A stretch of DNA of 64,000 nt from an uncultured delta proteobacterium. GTDB lineage: Bacteria; Myxococcota; Myxococcia; Myxococcales; Myxococcaceae. The notes beneath the pieces are model-generated. The model had not been told where the DNA came from, made no database searches, and was given only the letters and a program-made list of their open reading frames with translations. Positions 9,574 to 19,563 of the stretch are shown here, piece by piece; within the stretch, counting starts at the first letter, position 1, and each line of letters begins with the position of its first letter. The stretch is from assembly GCA_963796055.1 (NCBI GenBank), contig CAWCKH010000005.1, positions 96,001 to 160,000 of the forward strand. The letters run 5' to 3'. The translations under genes were made by a program, and so were the position numbers.

Positions 9574-9706
9574 GCGTGGGTGCGGAGCAGAGCAAGTCGC
9601 ACGCCCGGGCGAAAGCCGGACCCGCGTTGCAGAATTCCGCTGTTCCACGACGCCGTTGCCGGGTGCGGACCACGCCCGGCGTGGGCACTCCACACCGGGA
9701 TCGGTT

Positions 9707-10003
9707 TCAGACGCCGGCGCGGCGGAGCTCCGGGGCGAGCCGGCCCGACAGTGCGAGCGCCCACATCTTCCAGTCCGCAGCCAGCGACCAGAGCGGGTAG
9801 CGGAAGGTGGCGGCGAAGCCGTAGCCCGCCACCAGGGCACCGACCAGCAACAGGGGCCGACCGCTCACCACCGTCCAGACCAGCAGCAGCAGCGAGAGCG
9901 TGGTCCCCACCAGGTGGAGCATCCGCGTGCCGGGCTGGCGGTGCTCGCGCAGATAGTAGGGCCAGAACTCGGCGAAGCTGCCGATGCGCGGCCCGGCGTT
10001 CAT
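9707..10003 (-). CDS. DUF962/Mpo1-like membrane protein, apparently with an in-frame internal deletion
   Basis: [25 protein letters not shown]...[19 protein letters not shown]. The WxGHxxxEKNRP segment expected in this family is absent. ATGA overlap with the peroxiredoxin stop. Confidence 0.75.
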   Translation of the reverse strand: MNAGPRIGSFAEFWPYYLREHRQPGTRMLHLVGTTLSLLLLVWTVVSGRPLLLVGALVAGYGFAATFRYPLWSLAADWKMWALALSGRLAPELRRAGV

Positions 10004-10512
10004 GCCCGCTGCAGCTCCTTCAGCATGGTCTCGGCGTCGCTCACCTCGAACTTCCCGGGCGCCTCGACGTGGAGCGACTTCACCATCCCGTCGTCGAGCA
10101 GCATCGAGTAGCGCTGCGAGCGGACGCCCATGCCCTTCGAGGTGAGGTCCTGGTCCAGCCCCAGCGCCCGGCTCCAAAAGGCGCTCCCGTCGGCCAGCAT
10201 GCGGATCTTCCCCCCGGTCTTCTGCTCCCGTCCCCAGGCGCCCATGACGAAGGCGTCGTTCACCGAGACGCACCAGATCTCGTCCACGCCGCGGCCCTTC
10301 AGCGCGGCGGCCTGGGCGAGATAGCCGGGGACGTGCTTCGCCGAGCAGGTGGGGGTGAACGCCCCGGGGAGCCCGAACACCACGATCCGCTTGCCGGCGA
10401 CCAGCTTCGAGACCTGGAACGTATTGGGGCCGAGCGCGCAGCCCGGCGTCTCCTGCTCGATGAACTCGCTCAGCGTCCCGTCGGGGACGCGGTGTCCGAC
10501 CTGGATGGGCAT
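10000..10512 (-). CDS. Peroxiredoxin, Prx5-like
   Basis: [18 protein letters not shown] active site, [13 protein letters not shown] and RSQRYSM. Confidence 0.93.
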   Translation of the reverse strand: MPIQVGHRVPDGTLSEFIEQETPGCALGPNTFQVSKLVAGKRIVVFGLPGAFTPTCSAKHVPGYLAQAAALKGRGVDEIWCVSVNDAFVMGAWGREQKTGGKIRMLADGSAFWSRALGLDQDLTSKGMGVRSQRYSMLLDDGMVKSLHVEAPGKFEVSDAETMLKELQRA

Positions 10513-10548
10513 GGGAGCGCGGAAGTAGCACGTCCCGTCGGCGCGACG

Positions 10549-12387
10549 CTAGACGTGCCCACGCGGGGCAGCGGTCGACCAGGAGCGGAGCGCCCGGAGC
10601 TGCGCCGTCTTCTTCGACTGGTGCTCTTCCATTCGCCGGAGGATGTCGTCGAGGACGGAGACGGCGTCCAGGATGTGCGGGCCCTTGTTGAGCATGACGC
10701 ACTCGGCGCGCTCACCCATCGCCGCGTCGGTCACCTCGGCCCGGCTGGGCACACCGTTCTTGGCCAGCCCCTCGAGCACCTGGGTGGCCCAGATCGCCGG
10801 CACGTGCGCGGCCTCGCTGATCCACAAGAGCTCCTCCTGCACCTCGGCCAGCCGCTGGTAGCCGCACTCCACCGCGAGGTCGCCGCGGGCGATCATCACC
10901 CCCGCCCGCTCGTGCTCCATCGCCGCCCAGAGCAGGGCCGGCATCGCGGCAAAGGCGTGGGCGGTCTCGATCTTGAGGATCAGTCCCAGGTGCGAGGCCG
11001 AGAGCCGGTCCAGCTCGGCGCGGAGGGCATGGATGTCCTCGGGGCGCTGGACGAAGGACATGCCCACCAGGTCCGCCAGCCTCACCACGGTCTGCAGATC
11101 CCGGCGGTCGTCGTCGGTGAGCGCCGGGAGCTGGAGCGCGGTGTCGGGGACGTTGATGCCCTTCTCGCTGGCCAGCTTCCCGGAGGGCCGCGGACCACGG
11201 ACGATGCGGAGCTCGAGCCGGTCCGGGTGCACCTCCACGGCCTCGGCATGGAACTTCCCGTCATCGAGCATCACCCGGTCACCGGGCCGGACCCGGGTGA
11301 AGAGCCTGGGCTCGGTGCACCCCACCCGCCCGGGTTCCACCACCCGCCCGGTGCTGTCGCGCAGCTCGGCCCGGCCCGGCGCCAGCGAGCGGGTGAGCAC
11401 CAGCCGTTCGCCGGGGACGAGGGTGATGGGCAGCTCGGGCTCGGGCAGCGCGAGCGGACAGGCACCGGGGTCCACCTCCGAGGTCTGGAACCGCGTCTCG
11501 GGCACGATGAAGGCCTTCTGCTCTGCCTCTCCCCGGAGCACGTCACCGAGCCGCTCGACGATGCGCAGGGTGCGGCGAAGCCCGCGGGCATCGCGGAACT
11601 GGAGCTCGGCGCCGGGGCTCAGCCCGCGGGTCCAGTCCGCCGGGAACTGGAGCTGCGGTCCGGTGGCCGGCGGGTACGTCCCCGCCGGGACGATCCACAC
11701 GGTGGTGGGCACGAGTAGCTTGCCGCGCATGTCGCGCCGGAGCTTCCAGCTGACCACCGGCGGCCCAGGGCTGAGCGGGCCGGTGCGGATCTTCGGCCCC
11801 CCGAGGTCCATCAGGATGCGGCACGGATGTCCGCTGGCCTTCTCCGCGGCCCGCACGTGGGCGGCGATGCGGGTCCAGACCTCCGGCCCATCGTGGGCAC
11901 AGTTGATCCGCAGGATGCCCATCCCTCGGTTCACCAGCGCCCGGACGGCGCTGGGATCCTCGGCCAGGCTCGCGTCGGCGGTGACCATGATCCGCACTGC
12001 CCGTCCCTCGGGGGCCGGTCCGAGCAACGCCTCGGCATTTCGGGCCAGGGCGCTGCGGCCCTCGTCGAAGTCCGGTCCGCGGAGCGTCTCGACTGCGGCC
12101 GCCCCCTGCCCGTCGAGCCCCCGCAGCGCCCGGCGGACTGCCCGCAGCGTGGCCTCCACATGGCCTTCGGCCCTCCCCAGAGAGGAGAGCCCGAGCTCGG
12201 CCAGCGTCTGCTGGAGACGCCGGAGGTCGTGGCTCCGGAGCGCGAGGTAGTGCCGGAGGTTCACCGCCCCCGCCCGGTGTGGAGAGGCGAGAGCCTGTAG
12301 CTCGGTGGACGAGGGCGTCGCCCGCTCCACCTCTCCGAGCAGCGAGTCGAGCTGGGACAGCGTCGCTGAGGCGGATGACGGGCTCAT
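10549..12387 (-). CDS. pyk: Pyruvate kinase, long atypical form
   Basis: [52 protein letters not shown] and CVMLNKG. ATG at 12387 overlaps the mgtA stop. Confidence 0.88.
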   Translation of the reverse strand: MSPSSASATLSQLDSLLGEVERATPSSTELQALASPHRAGAVNLRHYLALRSHDLRRLQQTLAELGLSSLGRAEGHVEATLRAVRRALRGLDGQGAAAVETLRGPDFDEGRSALARNAEALLGPAPEGRAVRIMVTADASLAEDPSAVRALVNRGMGILRINCAHDGPEVWTRIAAHVRAAEKASGHPCRILMDLGGPKIRTGPLSPGPPVVSWKLRRDMRGKLLVPTTVWIVPAGTYPPATGPQLQFPADWTRGLSPGAELQFRDARGLRRTLRIVERLGDVLRGEAEQKAFIVPETRFQTSEVDPGACPLALPEPELPITLVPGERLVLTRSLAPGRAELRDSTGRVVEPGRVGCTEPRLFTRVRPGDRVMLDDGKFHAEAVEVHPDRLELRIVRGPRPSGKLASEKGINVPDTALQLPALTDDDRRDLQTVVRLADLVGMSFVQRPEDIHALRAELDRLSASHLGLILKIETAHAFAAMPALLWAAMEHERAGVMIARGDLAVECGYQRLAEVQEELLWISEAAHVPAIWATQVLEGLAKNGVPSRAEVTDAAMGERAECVMLNKGPHILDAVSVLDDILRRMEEHQSKKTAQLRALRSWSTAAPRGHV

Positions 12388-14891
12388 GCGGCCTCCATGG
12401 CACGCCCAGGTGACGGACCGGTGAACCTGGGCACGACTCGCGCCTTCACCCACTGCACCAACAAGAGATAGGTCGCGGTGGCGAGCGCGAGGAAGAGGAA
12501 GAACGGCCCGGGGAGCGGCTCGAACCCCAGCGGCCCGGCGAGCGGCGTCCAGGGCAGCGCCGCCGCCAGGGCCACCACCGCCACGGCGGTGGCGGCGAGC
12601 AGCGGGCTCGGGCGGCTCCGGAACGGGTTGCCGGTGGTGCGGATGACGAAGACCACCAGGACCTGCGTCGCCAGCGACTCGACGAACCACCCGGTGTGGA
12701 ACAGCCGCTCGGAGGCGTGAAAGACGCCGAGGAGTATCCAGAAGGTCAGGAAGTCGTAGAGCGAGCTCACCGGCCCGACCACCAGCATGAACCGGCGGAC
12801 CGCGCGGATGTCCCAGTGCTGGGGCCGAGCGAGGGACGCGGCGTCGACCCGGTCACTGGGGATGGTTACCTGCGCCAGGTCGTAGAGGAAGTTGTTGAGG
12901 AGGATCTGGGTGGGGAGCATCGGCAGGAACGGGAGGAAGAGCGAGGCCACGGCCATGCTCAGCATGTTCCCGAAGTTCGAGCTGGTCCCCATGAGGAGGT
13001 ACTTCATGACGTTTCCGAAGGACTTCCGGCCCTCGACGATGCCGGTGTGGAGCACGCCCAGGCTGCGTTCGAGCAGCACGATGTCCGCCGCGTCGCGCGC
13101 CACGTCCACCGCGGTGGCCACCGAGATACCCACGTCGGCGGTGTGGAGCGACGGAGCGTCGTTGATGCCATCGCCGAGGAAGCCCACCACGTGTCCGCGC
13201 CGGCGCAGCGCCTGGAGGATGCGAGTCTTCTGCTGAGGCGAGACCCGGGCGAAGACCGCGTGCCGCTCGGCCACCAGCCCCAGCGCTGGGTCGGTCAGCC
13301 GGTCGAGGTCGTCGCCCAGCACCACGCGCTTTCCCCCGATGCCCACGGCCTCGCAAACGTGACGGACCACCAGCGCGTCGTCGCCGGAGAGGATCTTCAC
13401 CGCCACGCCATCCCGCCGGAGCGCTCGCACGGTCTTGGCCGCGTCGGCGAGCGGTGGATCGAGGAAGGCGATGAACCCGGCGAGGCAGAGGTCGCGTTCG
13501 GACTCGAGACCGCAGGGCTCGTCCGGGCCCAGGGAACGCGAGGCCACGGCGAGGACCCGCAGACCCTGCCCCGCCAGGGCGCGCTCGGTCTGCTGGCAGC
13601 GGGCACGCGCCGCGCCGTCCAGTCGCTGGACAGCGCCGGCGCTCTCCCACTCCGTGCAGGCTGCGAGCACGTTCTCCGGGGCGCCCTTGCAGACCAGTAC
13701 CGGCGTTCCGGCGCGCGCCGCGGCCACGCTCATCCGGCGGCGCTCGAAGTCGAACGGCACCTCGTCGAGCCGCTGCCAGTCCTCGGCTGTCCCGTCCGCC
13801 GCGGCGAGGATGGCATCCTCGAGCGGGTTTCTCAGCCCGGTCTGTAGCGCGCTGCTCACCCTGGCGAGGGCGAGCGCGCGGGGGGCCGGGGTCCCGGCCC
13901 CATCCACCGAGCGCTCGAGCTCCATGCGCCCCCGGGTGAGCGTGCCGGTCTTGTCACTGCAGAGGACGTCGATGCTCCCGAGGTTCTGGATGGACGGGAG
14001 GTGCTTCACGATGACCTTGGCCCGGGCCATCCGCACCGCGCCCTGGGCGAGGGTCACGGTGGTGATCATCGGAAGAAACTCGGGGGTGAGCCCGACCGCG
14101 AGCGCCACCGCGAAGAGCAGCGACTCGAGCGGCGGGCGGTGCTTGGCGACGCTCACCACCCCGATGAAGAGCACCAGGAACAGGATGGTCCGGGTGATGA
14201 AGAGGCTGAAGTCGCGGATGCCGTGCTCGAACGCGTTCTGGGGCGGACGCTCGGCGAGGCGTGCGGCAATGGCCCCGAGCTGGGTGTGGCCACCGGTGTG
14301 CTCGACCACTGCCTCGGCGGTGCCGCTGGCGACCGACGTTCCGGCGTAGACGTGACCCGCCGAGACCCCGCTGCCCTCGGGCGCGGCGCCGACCTCCTTC
14401 TCCACCGGCAGCGACTCACCGGTGAGCGCCGACTCGACGACGTGCAGGGCCCGAGCGGTGAGGAGGCGCGCATCAGCCGGTACCAGGTCCCCGGCGGACA
14501 GACGGATGGTGTCGCCGGGAACGAGCTCGCGCCGCGGGAGCTCCGTCCACCGGCCGTCGCGCAGCACGGTGGCGGTGGGCGCCACCTGTGACCGGAGGCG
14601 CTCCACCGCCTTCGCCGAGCGGAATGACTGGACGAAGTCGATCGCCGCGCTGAGGACCACCATCGCCACGACGATGACCGCGTTGACCCGCTCTCCCAGC
14701 ACCGCCGAGGCCACCGCAGCCACCAGGAGGATGCCGAGCAGCGGGTTGGAGACGCTGGCCAGCAGCTGCCGGAACCGCGAGGCGCGGGTGTGCGCCGCGA
14801 CCTCGTTCGGGCCCTCGCGGGTAAGCCGCGCCTCCGCCTCGCCCGTGCTCAGTCCGGCGCCGGCGGGATCCTCCGTGCTCCTAGGTTCCAC
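12384..14891 (-). CDS. mgtA: Magnesium-translocating P-type ATPase
   Basis: LTGES, AVGLTPEFLP, DKTGTLT, PFDFERRRMS, GDGINDAP, TSSNFGN, NNFLYD and GWFVES (P3B subfamily). Confidence 0.92.
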   Translation of the reverse strand: MEPRSTEDPAGAGLSTGEAEARLTREGPNEVAAHTRASRFRQLLASVSNPLLGILLVAAVASAVLGERVNAVIVVAMVVLSAAIDFVQSFRSAKAVERLRSQVAPTATVLRDGRWTELPRRELVPGDTIRLSAGDLVPADARLLTARALHVVESALTGESLPVEKEVGAAPEGSGVSAGHVYAGTSVASGTAEAVVEHTGGHTQLGAIAARLAERPPQNAFEHGIRDFSLFITRTILFLVLFIGVVSVAKHRPPLESLLFAVALAVGLTPEFLPMITTVTLAQGAVRMARAKVIVKHLPSIQNLGSIDVLCSDKTGTLTRGRMELERSVDGAGTPAPRALALARVSSALQTGLRNPLEDAILAAADGTAEDWQRLDEVPFDFERRRMSVAAARAGTPVLVCKGAPENVLAACTEWESAGAVQRLDGAARARCQQTERALAGQGLRVLAVASRSLGPDEPCGLESERDLCLAGFIAFLDPPLADAAKTVRALRRDGVAVKILSGDDALVVRHVCEAVGIGGKRVVLGDDLDRLTDPALGLVAERHAVFARVSPQQKTRILQALRRRGHVVGFLGDGINDAPSLHTADVGISVATAVDVARDAADIVLLERSLGVLHTGIVEGRKSFGNVMKYLLMGTSSNFGNMLSMAVASLFLPFLPMLPTQILLNNFLYDLAQVTIPSDRVDAASLARPQHWDIRAVRRFMLVVGPVSSLYDFLTFWILLGVFHASERLFHTGWFVESLATQVLVVFVIRTTGNPFRSRPSPLLAATAVAVVALAAALPWTPLAGPLGFEPLPGPFFLFLALATATYLLLVQWVKARVVPRFTGPSPGRAMEAA

Positions 14892-15007
14892 GCTCGTCCG
14901 TGCCTCTTGGCATGGGCGGAGCGTCTGGTCACGTGACGTTGCTGTGGTCCGAAGGGCCTAGGCCGGATCACTGGCGCGGTGGAAACCGGGCGGATCGCGG
15001 CTGCCCG

Positions 15008-15895
15008 TCAGCGCCGCCCCGGGGCGGCGGGAGCGACCTCGATCGCCCGGGTGAGCATCGGGTTGGGAACCCCGCGCAGCCATGCGGCGTGCACCGGCAG
15101 CTCGGAGCCGGGCAGGCGCAGCCGGATGGCTCGGACCCCGGCACGGCGCGGGCCGTCGGGGTGCATCGCCGGGACGACGGAAAAGCCGAGCCCGGCGGCG
15201 ACGAACCCGAGCAGGGACGCGGTGGAGTCCGCGGCGAAGCGCTCCTTCGCCGAACCCCCCAGCGCCTCCACCGCGCGCCGCTGCAGCGCACGGCTTGCGG
15301 GGTCCGCTCCGAAGGTGAGGAACGGGAGCTCGGCCAGCCGGCGCGGGTCGAGCCTGTGCTTCTGCGCGGCCGGATGGGAGCTGGGGAGCACCAGGAAGCC
15401 CCAGAGCGTCCCGATCGCCCGCACCTCCACGTCAGCGGGAATCTGAGGAAGGTGGTCCACCAGCAGATCCAGCTCCCCGGAGCGGAGGAGCGAGACGTCC
15501 GGAGCGCGGAGCTCGGTGAGGGTGACGTCGATCTCCGGATGTCGGCGGTGGAGCGCGCGCAGCCAGCCCGGAAGGAGCTCCTGGACCAGGAGCGCCGCTG
15601 CCCCGATGCGGAGCGTCCCGCCGAAGCTGCCCGCCCGCAGCGCCTCGGCCGTGACCCGGAGCGCTTCCAGGAAAGGCGCGACCACCGCGTAGAGCGCCTG
15701 GCCGTGCGGGGTGAGCGTCATCCGGTCCTTGGCCACCCGGCGGAGGAGCCGCACCCCGAGCTCGGCCTCCAGGCGTCTGACCTGCTGGTGCACTCCGGGC
15801 TCGGTGATGGGGTACGGGAAGGAGCGGACCGCCCGCGCGTACCCCCCGGTGCGCGCCACCCAGTAGAAGCCGGTCAGGCGGTCGAGCGAGTTCAT
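15008..15895 (-). CDS. LysR-family transcriptional regulator
   Basis: N-terminal HTH-like VARTGGYARAV...VHQQVRRLEAELGVRLLRR, GTLRIGA and VAAGLGFSVVP. Divergent from two small membrane genes. Confidence 0.85.
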   Translation of the reverse strand: MNSLDRLTGFYWVARTGGYARAVRSFPYPITEPGVHQQVRRLEAELGVRLLRRVAKDRMTLTPHGQALYAVVAPFLEALRVTAEALRAGSFGGTLRIGAAALLVQELLPGWLRALHRRHPEIDVTLTELRAPDVSLLRSGELDLLVDHLPQIPADVEVRAIGTLWGFLVLPSSHPAAQKHRLDPRRLAELPFLTFGADPASRALQRRAVEALGGSAKERFAADSTASLLGFVAAGLGFSVVPAMHPDGPRRAGVRAIRLRLPGSELPVHAAWLRGVPNPMLTRAIEVAPAAPGRR

Positions 15896-16006
15896 TCACT
15901 TCAATTTATCAAAGAATGGCTCCTTAGTTCCTGGACCGAAAGGAGCCTCCCGGACCAGCCTGGCGCTGCATGGGCGGTTCCCGCCCTGCACTCACAAGGA
16001 GGACCG

Positions 16007-16264
16007 ATGATGTCATCCGAACCCGCCCGCAACCTGGTGCATGGGCTGCTGCTCGCCGTCTGGGCGGCGGTGGGGCTCCTGGTCACGCTGAGCGCCCTGG
16101 CCCACCCCGCCGCGCTGGTCGGATCCGGAGGCTTCTGGCTCTGGTTCGTGGGCTTCGCGCTGCTGGTCCATGGCGGCCTCCCCCTCGCGCTGGCCCTCGT
16201 GCCCCGCGTCTTCCCGCTCTCGCTGCTCCGGGTGGCGGGCCTCGACGTCCTGGGGAGAGCCTAG
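16007..16264 (+). CDS. Small hypothetical membrane protein
   Basis: RBS AGGAGGA before ATG 16007; two to three hydrophobic segments; stop lies 2 nt before the next ATG. Confidence 0.6.
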   Translation: MMSSEPARNLVHGLLLAVWAAVGLLVTLSALAHPAALVGSGGFWLWFVGFALLVHGGLPLALALVPRVFPLSLLRVAGLDVLGRA

Positions 16265-16266
16265 CC

Positions 16267-16560
16267 ATGCGCAACTCGCCCGAGCTCCCTCCGACACACA
16301 GCGCCGCCTGGGTCGTGCAGTCCTGGCTCTCGTTCGCCATCTCGGTGACCGCCACCGCTCTCGGCATCTACTGCCTGCCCGACGGCGGGTGGGTGAAGGG
16401 CTTCCTGGCCATGGGCCTGCTCTTCACCGTGGGCTCCTCGCTCAGCCTGGCGAAGACGGTGCGGGACCTCCACGACGCCACCCGCCTCACCGCGCGCATC
16501 GACGAGGCGCGGGTCACCAAGCTCATCGCCGAGCACGACCCGCTCAAGCCGGCCATCTGA
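16267..16560 (+). CDS. YiaA/YiaB two-helix inner membrane protein
   Basis: QSWLSFAIS...GIYCLP...WVKGFLAMGLLFTVGSSLSLAKTVRD. Confidence 0.85.
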   Translation: MRNSPELPPTHSAAWVVQSWLSFAISVTATALGIYCLPDGGWVKGFLAMGLLFTVGSSLSLAKTVRDLHDATRLTARIDEARVTKLIAEHDPLKPAI

Positions 16561-16690
16561 GGCCGGGGCGCGCGGCACCCTGGGAGCGCGTGGACCCCAC
16601 ACGCACCTCTACCCGCGCGAATCGGGTGACGGAACGTCTCCGGCGGCGGCAACTGTCAGCGTACGCTCGTCGGAACGCTCGAGAGGTCTC

Positions 16691-17563
16691 ATGCGCCGTC
16701 TGCTGTCGTCGCTGCTGCTGCTCACCGTCGCCTGCGCGCTGGGGGACTACTCCGGCGGCACGGGCAATCTGAACAACGGGCCCGATGGGGGCTCGAACGG
16801 CGGTGGCGGCGTCGTGCCGGGTGACCTGCCGTGCGACGTGGCGACCTTGCTCTCCGCCCATTGCACCAGCTGCCACGGCACGCCGCCCAGTGGCAACGCG
16901 CCGATGCCGCTCGACAGCCACGCGGCCCTCACCGCCCTCTCCAGCACGTTCGCCGGGCAGTCCGAGGCCCAGCGGTCGCTGGTCCGGATGGAGGACTCGG
17001 CCTCGCCGATGCCGCCCGGAACCGGGGTGACCGTCCCCGCCGCGGACATCGCCGCGTTCGCCAGCTGGGTCGACGCCGGCACGCCCACCGGAAGCTGCGC
17101 GCCGGCGCAGGACCCGGTGTTCAGCGCGCCCCCCAAGTGCAGCAGCAACAGCTACTGGACCAACGGAGACGAGGGCAGCTCCCAGATGCACCCCGGCGTG
17201 GCCTGCATCGCTTGTCACGCCAGGAGCGGCGATGCCCCGAACTTCGCCATCGCCGGCACCGTCTACCCGACCGGGCACGAGTTCGACGACTGCAAGGGAA
17301 CCGCTGCGGCGGGAGCCAGCGTCACGGTCACCGACAAGAACGGCGTGTCGCGCAGCTTCGGGGTCAACTCGGTAGGAAACTTCTACGGCAACCCGGGTGG
17401 GGGCTGGCCGGCATTCCCGATCACCGCCACGGTGAGCTTCAACGGGAAGACCCGGAGCATGGCCACCGCGGTCCCCTCCGGGGATTGCAACACCTGCCAT
17501 ACCCAGAGCGGCACCGCGGTGGGTGGAATCCCCGCGCCGCCGGGGCGCGTTGCGCTACCCTGA
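16691..17563 (+). CDS. Triheme c-type cytochrome lipoprotein
   Basis: Lipobox-like LTVAC; CTSCH (16862), CIACH (17204) and CNTCH (17486); MP/MPP candidate axial Met motifs. Confidence 0.8.
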   Translation: MRRLLSSLLLLTVACALGDYSGGTGNLNNGPDGGSNGGGGVVPGDLPCDVATLLSAHCTSCHGTPPSGNAPMPLDSHAALTALSSTFAGQSEAQRSLVRMEDSASPMPPGTGVTVPAADIAAFASWVDAGTPTGSCAPAQDPVFSAPPKCSSNSYWTNGDEGSSQMHPGVACIACHARSGDAPNFAIAGTVYPTGHEFDDCKGTAAAGASVTVTDKNGVSRSFGVNSVGNFYGNPGGGWPAFPITATVSFNGKTRSMATAVPSGDCNTCHTQSGTAVGGIPAPPGRVALP

Positions 17564-17570
17564 GCCCGCC

Positions 17571-18014
17571 TTGAGACGCGTCCTCCTCGCCACCACGGTG
17601 CTCGCCGGTGGGCTGGCGCACGCCTCGTCCACCTTCCCGGAGGAGATCCGGGCCCACCTCGCACTGTCGTACACCCCGGACTGCTCGCTCTGTCACGCCA
17701 ACGGGCAGACCGGCTTCGGGACGGTGACCACGCCCTTCGGGACGTCGATGCGCTCCCGCGGACTGGTGGCGCAGAACCTCGCCAGCCTCGACACCGCGCT
17801 GGACGCGCTGGCGGCGGAGAACAAGGACAGCGATGGTGACGGGGTCGGAGACACCGACGAGCTGAAGGCCGGAAGCGACCCGAACGTGGCGGGGGGAGGC
17901 AGCTTTCCGCCGCCGACGTACGGCTGCTTCGATGTGAGCGGGCAGCTCTCCTCGCCGCTGGCGCTGCTTCCCCTCGCGCTGGCCTGGCTGGCGCTCCGCA
18001 TGCGCCGGGCCTGA
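17571..18014 (+). CDS. Monoheme cytochrome c with DxDxDG Ca-binding motif and MYXO-CTERM-like anchor
   Basis: TTG start 7 nt after the previous stop; signal peptide ending AHA; CSLCH; DSDGDGVGDTDE; C-terminal GC + TM + RMRR. Confidence 0.72.
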   Translation: MRRVLLATTVLAGGLAHASSTFPEEIRAHLALSYTPDCSLCHANGQTGFGTVTTPFGTSMRSRGLVAQNLASLDTALDALAAENKDSDGDGVGDTDELKAGSDPNVAGGGSFPPPTYGCFDVSGQLSSPLALLPLALAWLALRMRRA

Positions 18015-18120
18015 CCGACGCGGGCGGCCCGGCACGACGCACGGGCGAACGAGCGCCCTCCCCGACCGAGATTGCCCGAGGACGCACGGTCGCCCGTCTC
18101 CTGTCGCTTCGCTCCGACGG

Positions 18121-18285
18121 CTAGACCGTTCGTCCTCGCCCGAAGATGAGCGACAGCACGGCCAGGATGAGGAAGAGGAAGAACAGAACCTTGGCGATGC
18201 CAGCGGCGCCGGCTGCGATGCCGCCGAAGCCGAAGACCGCGGCGATGATCGCGATCACGAAGAAGACAGCAGCCCAGTACAGCAT
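18121..18285 (-). CDS. DUF1328 (UPF0391/YtjA-like) small membrane protein
   Basis: Not in the ORF track. Manual translation [54 protein letters not shown]. Confidence 0.92.
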   Translation of the reverse strand: MLYWAAVFFVIAIIAAVFGFGGIAAGAAGIAKVLFFLFLILAVLSLIFGRGRTV

Positions 18286-18396
18286 CCGTGTGACCCCCTG
18301 CTGGAGTTGAACGGGTGCAAGCTGGGCCGCTCGGAACCGCAGCGGAAGTGGCGTTGTTCAGCCGGGAACGAAGTGCGCCGCGCACGCGGCATGCCA

Positions 18397-19563
18397 TCAC
18401 CGTCCGGCCGCGGGGCCTCCGCCCTGGGGAGCGAGCGGCTGCACCGGGTCGCCGTCGGAGAGCTCGGCGCTCGGGTTGAGCACCACCCGCTCCCCTCCCT
18501 TCAGCCCGGTGAGGATCTGGACGCGGCGGCCGTCGTCGTCGCCGGGCTGGATGCGGACCAGCTTCACCCGGTTTCCCGCTTCGAGCTGCGCGACGTAGAG
18601 CGCATCCCCCCGCCACGCCAGGGCCTCCCCGGGGACCACCGGCGTGCGCCGGCCCGGGAACCGAATCTTCACGTTGACGTAGCTGCCGGGGTAGAGGCGC
18701 ACCGGCTCGTTGGGGATGTCCATCTCCACCAGCATGGTGCGGGTGCGCGCATCGATGCCCTGCGAGGTGCGAGTCACCTTGGCCTCGATGGGATGCGACG
18801 GATCGTCCGGAAGGGCGATGGCCACCGGAGCGCCGGGGCGGATTTCCGCCGCATCGTCCTGGCCGACGTAGACCTGCACCCGCATGGTGCGCATGTCGGC
18901 CACCTCGAACAGCGGCTGGACCGACTGGTTCGACGAGGTCCCCGCAGCCACCAGCGCTCCGGGGTCCACATACCGGGCGGTGACCACCCCGTCGAAGGGC
19001 GCGCGGAGCTGCTCGTAGGACTGAGTCGCCAGCAAGCTCTGCAGCGTCGCCCGGGCGACGGCGAGGGCACCCTCGGCGGTGTCCAGGTCCTGCTGGGCGA
19101 TGAAGCCCTGCGGCCGGAGCTTGCGGGCCCGGTCCGCCTGTACCTGCTTCACCTGGAGGTCCGCCCGGGCCCCGAGGACGGCCTGATCCGTCTCCGGCGA
19201 CTCCAGGCGAGCGAGCAGTTCGCCCTTCTTCACCGGGGTCCCCTTGTCGACCTTCACCTCGCGCACGTACCCCGCCACCTTCGAGTACAGGGTGGACTGG
19301 TTCCAGGCCCGCACCTCGCCGGGCAGGCTCAAGGTCCGGTCGGCGGCGGAGAGCTCCACGTCGGCGACCCGGACCGCCGGGCCGCGGTCGAGCACGGTCG
19401 CCCGCTGCGCGCGCTCGCGGGCGTCGGCGTTCCGCCGAGTCAACGCCAGCGCCCCCACCCCCAGCAGCGCGAGCAGCACCAGCACGATGGTCCCGATGGT
19501 CAGTGCCCTGGGCCGGGCTGGCGCCTGTGGCTCGGTCTTCGCCATCTCGTGCAGCTCGGTCAT
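18397..19563 (-). CDS. RND efflux periplasmic adaptor (membrane fusion protein)
   Basis: N-terminal TM, SKVAGYV...VDKGTPVKKGELLA, LRAPFDGVV, TRTMLVE and GLKGGERVV. Confidence 0.92.
   Translation of the reverse strand: MTELHEMAKTEPQAPARPRALTIGTIVLVLLALLGVGALALTRRNADARERAQRATVLDRGPAVRVADVELSAADRTLSLPGEVRAWNQSTLYSKVAGYVREVKVDKGTPVKKGELLARLESPETDQAVLGARADLQVKQVQADRARKLRPQGFIAQQDLDTAEGALAVARATLQSLLATQSYEQLRAPFDGVVTARYVDPGALVAAGTSSNQSVQPLFEVADMRTMRVQVYVGQDDAAEIRPGAPVAIALPDDPSHPIEAKVTRTSQGIDARTRTMLVEMDIPNEPVRLYPGSYVNVKIRFPGRRTPVVPGEALAWRGDALYVAQLEAGNRVKLVRIQPGDDDGRRVQILTGLKGGERVVLNPSAELSDGDPVQPLAPQGGGPAAGR

Noticed and set aside
8596..11718. 1040-aa plus-strand ORF
   Set aside because: Antisense shadow of four well-supported minus-strand genes; no motifs. 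Long stop-free frames are expected at this GC content.
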